Assembly (NCBI RefSeq): GCF_001194135.2
Contig: NC_068984.1
Location: 31,436,119-31,469,118 of the forward strand
From: Octopus bimaculoides
Lineage: Eukaryota
Reading direction: 5' to 3'
Length of the DNA: 33,000 nt
The notes beneath the pieces were generated by a model, which saw only the letters and a list, made by a program, of their open reading frames with translations, made no database searches and had not been told where the DNA came from. Shown piece after piece: positions 23,618 to 33,000 of the stretch (position 1 is its first letter; each line of letters opens with the position of its first letter). Made by a program: the position numbers and the translations under genes.

Positions 23618-25057
23618 TTAAAATAATTTCTTTATAATTTTTTATGTACTTCTATAGTTTCACTAAGTATTGGTCATGAAGGGTCTTTACTTACCATAAT
23701 ATTATGGTGGTATTTTTACATATTTTTTTGTTTTAATTTGTTTTTGATTTTTTAGCATAAATTCCATCTCTTTATTTTCTTTATAGATCACATCTAATTC
23801 AGTTACTGTGTTTATACCTTACGTCCTCTTTGAAAATGGAAATCTTTTTGCTTTCTTCACACTTTCAGTTCATTTATATTAGCTTGTAACTATTTTCCAG
23901 TAAGCATTTTTGTAAACCTACAGTAGCTATTTGATAATAACTTCCTAATCATCCTTTACTTTCTTGGAACTATGGTAATTATACTCTCCAAATACCAGCT
24001 TCTGAGTGATTCACTTTAAATTCTATTAATTATTCCCTTTGTTTTTCTGTATGTTCTCGCTAATTTAGTTAAATTTCATTTGAATGAATTATAACTGTCT
24101 TATTAGTGGAATGTTAAAGTTTTCATACTTGTTATGTGCTTATCTCTGATTTCTATAGCATTAATTAGATGAGAAATAAATCTTCCCCGCCTTCTGCTCC
24201 AAATAAGATAGTGTACTACTGAAGATAGCTTTCCCGTAGGAGTAATTGAAACTGGTATTACAAGCTAATAAATGACTTGTAAATTCTAAACTACTGTCAT
24301 TGCTTACACCAAAAACAAATACACCCTCCCATTGTAATGCTCCTTGATAGTTAAGTATATGAAACCATTGAGATTTAAGTGTTTGTATTACAAACCAATG
24401 AACAATCATCTATGTGGTCAGTTGAAACAATAAATAGTAACCAAATCTCATTCAAATATACCCAACCATCATCCAACGGAAAAAAACTAGGGAGATGTCG
24501 AGGATGCATTGAATAATCTAATTCTAAACATATATTTTGTTTTGAAACAGATATGAAGGTTATACATGGAGTTATTTTGATTATAGGTTTGCAAAAGGAG
24601 GTTTGATATACAACAAGAAAACAGACATGAACAGTAGAACCTTTTTTGTTGGTTTTTGTTTTGGATTCTGTTGACTTTGTTCATATTTTCTTTAGTGAAA
24701 CTTTTGACATTTCATTTTGTTTTAAATATGTGTCTCGTACATATATAATATTCCTTTCAGGGACTTGCTCATTGGATAAGTAAGACGAACAGCATCAACC
24801 AAGATGAAAATTGTGAATATTTATCATTAAGTACGAAAAGTATATAATTTCTAAGCACATAATATGGGTTATATATTATTTATATAATTTCTAAATATAA
24901 AATGATGTGTGAGTGTATCTTTTACTTGTGCACTCTTAGATCTGTCGATCACAATTACCAACTGATGATAAATTTGGTATCAATAGTAATATTTCCATCT
25001 GCACTGCACCATAGACTTTTTTGTTATGATATTTAATTATGTTAATACATCTATTTT

Positions 25058-25534
25058 GGTCATGTGGTGGTCCTATGGTGCTCATGTGGATGTAGACAGC
25101 TCCATAATGAAGTGCTGATCACTCAAAGTGGATGAAATTCATGGAAGCGAAAGGCCCAGGAAGATATGGGATGAAGTACTGAAGGCCAATCTCAAGGCAG
25201 TGAACCTTTTGGAGAGGACAAAGGATTGAGATATCTGGCACCTTGGTGTACTCAAGAGGACTCATGCTCCATAGCTGAAGTGTTAATGCCACGTCGCCTC
25301 TGAAGAGGTTTGGCCTGCAAGAGTCCTGTTCCAGTGCCAATGCCACGTGCCACTTGTGCTAATCCTACATAGACAACAACATTGCCTGTATCACAAAATA
25401 ACATTCCTGCTAGCGCCATGTAGAAGTACTTATGCTGGTGCCCAACATGTTCTGTAAAGTGGTTGGCATTAAGAAGAGCATCCAACCATAAAAACAAAAC
25501 CAAATCAGACTGGAACCTGGAATCTGATGATGAT
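25058..25534 (+). mobile_element. Degenerate 5'-truncated RTE LINE
   Basis: ..DVDSSIMKC*SLKVDEIHGSERPRKIWDEVLKANLKAVNLLERTKD*DIWHLGVLKRTHAP* (stop 25272-25274), then a UTR with GTGGTTGGCATTAAGAAG..CAAATCAGACTGG and a short GAT tail. Confidence 0.85.
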
Positions 25535-27011
25535 TTACTTTGAGTACAAATCAGTTAAGAAGCTGCTAAATGGGCCACAACTAGAAATAATGGTCAAATG
25601 TCCCTTATGTCAGTTATTGCTCTCTTAACGACATGAACATCTGATTGGGTAATGTATTCTTAGATAAATTATTGAAAGAAAGGTGAGATGGTCACTACTA
25701 GAATGCAATTTACACCTGTTTCTTGAACCATGACTGACCACAATTTAAATAGCAACATGTTTTGATTTGTTGTGAATTAATAAAATTTGCAAAGCTGAGT
25801 TGTCATTGTGAAACATCTCTTAAAACACACAATAGAATATATTTTAATAATAAATCATAGTTAATTAGTCCTTGCATTCTTTTCTGAAAGAAAAATAATT
25901 TTATAAACAGTTAAATATTTGGACTTAAGTATATGCATATATATGACAGACAGGATTATTCAAGCAAAAGATATGCTAATCTGAATTAACAAAAAAATGA
26001 AGCAAATATAAGCTATTAGACTGATCTTAAGTCATGTCACATTAGAATATATTTAAAAAACATTTAAGCTTATAATTTACAAAAAAATAAGGGTTGAAAT
26101 CTTTCTCATTAACAAAACATGTTTAGAAATCATTACATTTGGCTTAGAAAGTAAATTTGGGAGATATATGCAAAAACTATTTTTTATTACTGTTTGAATA
26201 ATAATTGGCTGTAATTTGTTTCCATTTGTTAATAAAATAATGGCTATTTTGTTAATGTTTGTTACTGGTTTTGAGTTTTTAATATAATCAATTTTTTCGT
26301 GGGTTGATATTCTTGTTAGCAGAATTAGTATTGTTAATGTAACAGACTTGGTTTTATTCAAATTAATTTCATATTGGTCAACTGTCTTTCTTTCTGTGGA
26401 GAGAAGACAGTAAAAGATTAAGAAACATTAAGAAACAATAACTATACAAACACAACAATGATTTTAAAAACAGGAGAAATTTATTGAAAAAGTAACCAAT
26501 AAAATACTATTTTTATCCTAACTGTTTGATTCCGTGCTGATGGCTTTTCTCTTATTCTGTAGAAGGGAATATTTTCATTATAGTTTTATACTACAATTCA
26601 AACAATTTGATGTATTAATCCTTGTTAATTGGTTCTTAGAAGATTATGAGGATTAAGGCTTTTATTTGTCATGTTGCCTTACATTTTGAATGTGTTGAGA
26701 CTGAAATATTAAATATTATTGTCCATTTTAAATAAAAATTGCAGATAATGAACTTGTAAAAAAAAAAAAACACTAAAAAAAGACAAATCAAATACAATAC
26801 TTTTATACTTTCATTTTGGTTTGCTTTGTTGAATTTTTTTAATGTCTAAGTAGACATAAAAGTGAGATCTGTTTATTTCTTTGAAAAGTACAAGTGGAAT
26901 ATAGTTCTTGAAATGTTTGGCAGAAAAATATTCAAAATTTATATCAAATAATATGAATGTACTATTCAATATAAATCTTGCTTTATATGTGTGTGTGTGT
27001 AGTTATATATC

Positions 27012-27046
<35 letters not shown>

Positions 27047-28689
27047 AGGTATGTATAGGTATGTATATATATATAGATGTGTGTGTATTTATGTGTGTAT
27101 GCATGTATTTATTTATTTGTGAATATACATATATAATGGATATCTATAAAATAATCATTGCGATTGTTTAACTTCTAGTATGACAGTAATTCTCAGAAGA
27201 CTTAATTTCTGTTGATGTAGAAACACTTAAGAGAAAACAAGAACTTGCCAATCTTAATGATGTAACAAGGAACTCTGGGTTATATATAAATAAACAAAAC
27301 AAGACAATGACAACAGCAACAACAACAACAACAAAAATAGCAATAATGATGAAACAGACATAAATATGAAATCTTTCTTGCAAACAAATCCTCAAAAATT
27401 TGTAGGGAAATATATAAAGAAAAGGAGATGGAGTGGAAAATGAAAATATGCATTTGTTTAAATATAAATATAAATATGTATGTCTATATGTACACACAGA
27501 CACACACACACACACACACACTCTCTCTCTCTCTCTCTCTCACATATTTAAATAAGCACAAACTAAATAAACACTTGATATTGGAAATAAAAATAATACA
27601 AATGAACATGCTGGGGAGTTAATGGTATTGAAGTATTATAATGTGTTGCTAAGTAAATATGGCAATAACAACTACAACAAGAAGAATAATAATAATAACA
27701 ACAATAAAATTGACTTTGAATGTGAAGATTTTGTGTAGTGGTAAAGTGGTATCTGTTATTAAATACAGAAAAAGTTGTAAAAATTGTGATCATATTCATG
27801 TTGTGTTCTTTTCTTATTGCCTTCCTGAACATCAATATATACATAACATCAACGATGGTGGTTTTGATGATGTTAAGTAGATGGATGATGACGACTACGA
27901 CGATGATGATGATGAAAGGAGGAAGAGAAGGATGCTGCTGATGGCAGAGAGCATTTTGACTGTGGTGGTTTCTCTGTTAATAGGGGTTATGACGATGAGT
28001 ATTCATAAATTCCGTAGTAATATATCACCAGGAAAATGCACATAATTAGATGGAGGATATACTTATTTTCAGCACCAAAGAATCCCTGTTTCTTGAGCCA
28101 GCCAGGGAGCAGAGAGCTTCTATATGGTCACTCAGTATTGGTAGAGATGGTATCCTAATTTTCTTCAAGTCATACTTTATTATCTTAATAAAAAAAAAAA
28201 AGTACATTAGTTGGAAGTCCTAGATACTCTTTGAAGAAAAACGACATTATCATGGCAGAAACACCTCTGATTATTGGTCTACTCAGGTTTAGCTATAATG
28301 TGACTAACTGATAATTCAAATTTGTCTGACTTATGCATATACCCATAGTCATTTTGTGATGATAATTAAAATAATAATGTTGTACTGTTGCATAATTAAT
28401 GATAACTGTGTTGATAATGATGTTGAGGAGCATTATAACAGGGAATCTATTTGCAGTGACATTGAAGTCAATAAAAAAGCCGATAGGACTATATGTAGTT
28501 GCCCAACTATTTTCTCATAGCGGCTAAATCTCTTTCATATGATACTTGGTCATCTTAAGGCTACATTGGATATACATGAACTGGAAGCTCGATACCAAAG
28601 AACAATACCAAATGTGTGAATTTGTTTCATGAGTCAAATGTGAGAAGGCTGAATTCAAGTGACTAGGAAATCAATGCAGAAAGCGATAC

Positions 28690-29956
28690 AAAGACCATAA
28701 ATTTGGAATGTTTGAAAAAATTAAACCTCTAAATACCAAGTGTTTATGTTTGACATAATTGAAATCCAAATTTGTATATAATTGAAAATAAACTTTTGTA
28801 GTTATCTCAGGATACTTCTCTAAAATTTAAATCCTAGAACTTATCAGTTCCTCAAATACATACGTAGATTGTGATTTTTAATTTAAGTGAATTTTTGGGA
28901 AATATTTTTTTTTTTTGTTGTTGCTGAAACGATCGATCCACCTCTTGTTGAATAATCAACACCTGAAGCTAGTTTGAAAAACATTTGAAAATTACTGTCT
29001 TTTACTTTTCCTTTCTAGATCACTACTTTGTCATTTTGGGAAATTTTATCACTGAAACTTATTTTCTTCTTCCTTTTCAAAGTTGGCGTTTATTTAATTT
29101 AAGTGCTCATATATATCAGATAGATATCCAATTTTATGCTCTGGAGCTTGTTTTGTATTGGATCACAAAATCTAATTTGCTGATTCTCTTGGAAAAGTTT
29201 AAACATCCCTTTATTCTGTACTTCACAGACTCAAATTAAGGACCAGCTATTATTTGAGGTATCACAACAATAATCTTTTAATACAAGAGAAACTTTAGTA
29301 GTTTCCCTACTTTGTGCAGTCTCTTGCTTTGAACCATTATTTGAGCAACTAAATAATTTGCCTCTTGAGTTGTATTTCGTGTTTTCATTTTTTTTTTGAG
29401 AAAACCACTGATTACTTCTTTTAAAATTTTGAAGGTTCTTTGAAGTATTCAAAGTGATTTCCCAATGAAAGGTATTTGGAGTTAAAAGGGGGCTTCAATT
29501 TATTCAGCATCATACTTTTATTCGCAAGTATAGCATTGCAAATACAAGAAGACATGGATTTCTTTTGTTAAAAGAAAATGCAAAACCCAGTTTCTTATAA
29601 CCTTCAAGGATCAATAAATTTTCCTGTACATTCCTTATCCACTTATGCAGACACTTCACCATCAAGTTCTTGATTAATTTTATCCGTTCACACTACATTC
29701 TGTTGATTTTTCAGTAACCTTCAACAGCTTTTCTTCAGATTAATTTAAAATTTATCCATTTTACCAAACACAGAATTAACAAATAAAGAATTAAATAATA
29801 TATTATGTGTCTAATTGTGAGTAGAGTTGTCAGATCTTAAATATACTTCACAGCCAAATATTTGTAGAAGTTGATCAAATTTGACTTAATTCACAAAACA
29901 CCTAGAGATTAAACAGTGACACTGTGAAGTGTCATAACACCGTCTGAAAACCTCTG
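28690..29956 (-). mobile_element. Internally deleted, degenerate hAT DNA transposon (Buster/Charlie, ZBED5/SCAND3-like transposase)
   Basis: Minus strand: GYKKLGFAF (29602-29579), ICNAILANKSM..KL (29543-), EANYLVAQI..HKVG (29364-), then GYLSDIYEHLN (29129-29097) and EKYPEI (28820-28803). Possible 5' terminus CAGAGGTTTTCAG at 29956-29944. The other TIR and a TSD were not found, so the left boundary is approximate. Confidence 0.8.
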
Positions 29957-30514
29957 CTCTTATATACATATATCTATCCTTACAGGCAAAGGCAGAAGTA
30001 TTTGGCTCTCAACAAAAAAACAAAACAAAACAAAAAAACAAAAGAAAAATAGAAGAAATAGAAAAAAATACCATTTCATATAATCATGAAGTGAAAAAAA
30101 ACAACAACTATACAACGAAAAAAATATTGTTCTCTTTTAATATAAGTCAAGAAGATTTTCTGACGTTTGGTCGCTATTGTGCTGCTATTAGGCTGTTTCG
30201 CCCTTGGACCAGTAACCAAAGGTGAAGTTAGATAATGCAAATATTATTATAGGTTCTCCGTCCATATTGATGAGGACTGTCCATAAGTATAAGCTGAAGT
30301 TATTATATCAAAAGCAGATTCTTCCTCTTTTTAGGTTTCTTCTTGGGATACTATGATGCAGCTATGGACATCTATGTTCAGTCTTCACAAGTTTTCTCCA
30401 ACCATTATCTGCGTAAAATAGGTGGAGTCAGCACTGATTTCTTGTACCAGTAGCCACTGTGAAGAGAACATAGTGTTTAGAAGATATATACGAAAGCATC
30501 AACATATGATTTTT

Positions 30515-30660
30515 ATCATTCACTTCTTTCAGCCATAGGTCTGCAGCGATTTAGTTGATCAAATGGACACCAGTACTTACACATATTTACATATTTTCTC
30601 AGTATTGCTTGCTGAACTACTAAATTATAGGAATGTCAACAAACCAACACTAATCGCTAT
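30515..30660 (-). mobile_element. Degenerate SINE 3' part
   Basis: TTCACTTCTTTCAGCCAT..TTAGTTGATCAAATGGACACCAGTACTT..TTGCTGAACTACTAA..AACAAACCAACAC resembles the reverse complement of the 3' half of the 3521 SINE. Confidence 0.6.
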
Positions 30661-31317
30661 GCAGTAGAGTAGACCTGGTTGTTATCAAAATACTATTACG
30701 AAGATTAAGAAAAAAATGGACTCAGTATAACAATAGAATTGTAATGGAATATCATTACAGAAGCAAGGTTACTTAGAAGACTGTAAGAAATTGAAATAGA
30801 AATTCAGATTGTCGATCTGGAGAAAAGTACTATCCTATATTCTGTAAATTCTTGAAATTTGATGAGTGCTTGTTGTCACTAAACTTCAAAATAAAATACC
30901 TACTAACTAATAACAACGTAATAATATATAAATAAATAGATAAATAAAATTTCAACTATATTAATTTCTGAGATTTCGACCATGAATCAGAGTAATGTAA
31001 GGGAATATATTTCATGTTTATTTAAAAAAAAATAAAGATATCAAAGCATGTATTTTGTTCAACCACAGATCACAGATCAACAAAAATAAATTGAGTTTAG
31101 TGTAATTATTTCGCGCGTGTGCGATTGTGTTTGTGTGTGTGTATGATATAAACAAAAAAAAATTAGCAGGCCAAACCCAACTGACGACCTTCGTGTATAT
31201 AAAAAATAAAAAAGCGAAATGTAGATATCAAAATATTTGGCACTAATTAATCATCAAAAGACATGTAAGCAATTAAGGACTCTGAAATGTGTTTCATGAA
31301 CACAACAAAATGTGTGC

Positions 31318-31377
31318 ATGTATGTATGTATGTATGTATGTATGTATGTATGTATGTATGTATGTATGTATGTATGT
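31318..31377. repeat. (ATGT)15 perfect tetranucleotide microsatellite
   Basis: Read directly. Confidence 0.97.
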
Positions 31378-31644
31378 GCGTGTGTGTGTGTGTGTCTGTC
31401 TGTGTGCATGTGTGTACATATAATATATGCATGTTGTTCTTGTTCTGTGCATTATCTCCTTTTACCTTGCTTTTGTTTTATAATTGTATTAATTTCTACT
31501 TTATCCTTTTCATTTTTATTTTTATCTTGTATTTGTTATTTTTTAATTTATTTTTGTATTAATTTTATTTCTATTTCTTATCTTGTATGTTTTCCCTTTT
31601 TCTTTGTTATTTTATCTAATTTTATTTCATCTTATTTTATGTTT

Positions 31645-32270
31645 ATATACACATATACATACATACACACAAGTACATACACGCATGCACGCGGACACAA
31701 ACGAACGTACATATGCCTCCCACACATACCACACACACACACATACACATGCTCACATACGTACGTACGTACACACACGCATACATACGTACACACACAC
31801 ACACACATACACATGCTCACATAGTACACATACGAACACACACGCATACATACATACATACATGCGCATACACGCACATACACGCACGCACACACCGCAC
31901 GTGCACGCACGCATGCACACATACCTCCACATACCCAACCGAACGAATACACTCAATTACACACATGCACATACACACACACGCATACATATGTCCGCAC
32001 ACACGTATGTACAAAAGCGCACAGGAACGCACATTTACCTCTACACACACAACCCCACCACACACATACACACATGCACATACACACACATACACTCATG
32101 CACATACACACACATGCACATATATATACACACGCACACAAGACACACACCCCACAGTTACCACCACCTGTATACACACACATGCACTCAGTTGCTGTCA
32201 CACATATACATGTAATTAGACACACACACTCGTGTACATACCCACACATACACACATATACCTCCTTCTC
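31645..32270. repeat. About 620-bp degenerate (CA)/(CATA)/(CACG) low-complexity tract
   Basis: Read directly; explains all the long HT- and CV-rich ORFs in the track here. Confidence 0.93.
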
Positions 32271-33000
32271 TTACACTCTTCTGACTTAGAACGAACTTTT
32301 TTTTTCATCCATGGGTACAGGACGTCACCAACTGTGTAAACAACATGAAATACATAGACAAACGAGTTAAATTCGTAAACAACGAGAGAAAAAATGGAAA
32401 ACAAGACAACACACAAAAGCGACCTTTCATCAGTTGTCGGCTGTCTATCTACTCCTCATTTCGAGCATTCAACGACAATGTGAGTCTTTAATGACAGTTG
32501 CTCCTACAAATTCTAAAATGGAATTTAAGATTTATGGAAGTTCAATGTTGGGAACAAAACAGGACAGTGGAAAACATGCAAGGAAAGTGAACGAAAACAA
32601 ACATGGAGGGTCGTTAGACCAAAACGAGAGAAAAATAGTGAATACTGGGAGAAATATTTTCTTTGGAAGGAGAAAAGATGCAAGAGAGAGAAAAAAGTCC
32701 AGTCCTTTGAACGTGCTTGCAGGAAAAGAAAGATGACCGCATGAAGAAAGGAAAGATGGACGATGGTTACGTGAAAGCAATGAGAGAGAGAAAAAGATAA
32801 AGAGGAAAGAGAGAGAAAAAGAGAAAGAGGGGAGAGAGAGACAGACAGAAAACGGTGAAAGAGGGAATTAGAGAAGGATAGAGGAAGAAAACAGTATAGC
32901 GTAGAGTTACATCAAAATGGTGGAGATAAACTTACATGGAAATGAATGCGTGGCGTTCAATTCAATAATAATAAAATAATATATATATATATATGTATAT

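Noticed and set aside
22046-24779. Plus-strand micro-exon chain 22046-22097, 24551-24586, 24761-24779
   Set aside because: The splice signals are plausible and phase-compatible, but the chain gives only a 19-aa peptide (MRYEGYTWSYFDYRDLLIG*) with no recognisable family; expected by chance in AT-rich DNA.
32427-32463. Hammerhead core motifs CGAAA and CTGATGA on the minus strand
   Set aside because: They are 25 nt apart, but the flanks cannot form stems I-III in any of the three topologies I tried.
1-33000. CRISPR arrays, rRNA or prokaryote-type systems
   Set aside because: No regularly spaced repeat-spacer structure, operon-like ORFs or rRNA-like sequence.

Overview
AT-rich, microsatellite-dense animal DNA, most likely from an octopus (coleoid cephalopod) draft assembly. 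That assignment rests on my recollection of the SINE and RTE repeat families and is not a database result. I cannot support any protein-coding gene, rRNA, bona fide tRNA or CRISPR array, and most ORFs in the supplied track are microsatellite or transposon artefacts. The window is largely decayed transposable elements: a near full-length DD34D mariner with both TIRs, an internally deleted hAT (Buster/Charlie-like) element, many RTE LINE fragments (3' ends, a YADD RT piece, two pieces with C-terminal C2H2 fingers), two Penelope-like GIY-YIG remnants, two remnants of an R4/Dong-like retrotransposon, tRNA-derived SINEs and a 59-nt N gap. The most informative non-TE signal is an abrupt change from CpG-depleted (about 1-30 kb) to CpG-retaining DNA (about 30.1-33 kb). 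This may mark the edge of a methylated gene body, so much of the window may be intron. I found no convincing novel multi-component system; the findings are modest and mostly concern TE biology.
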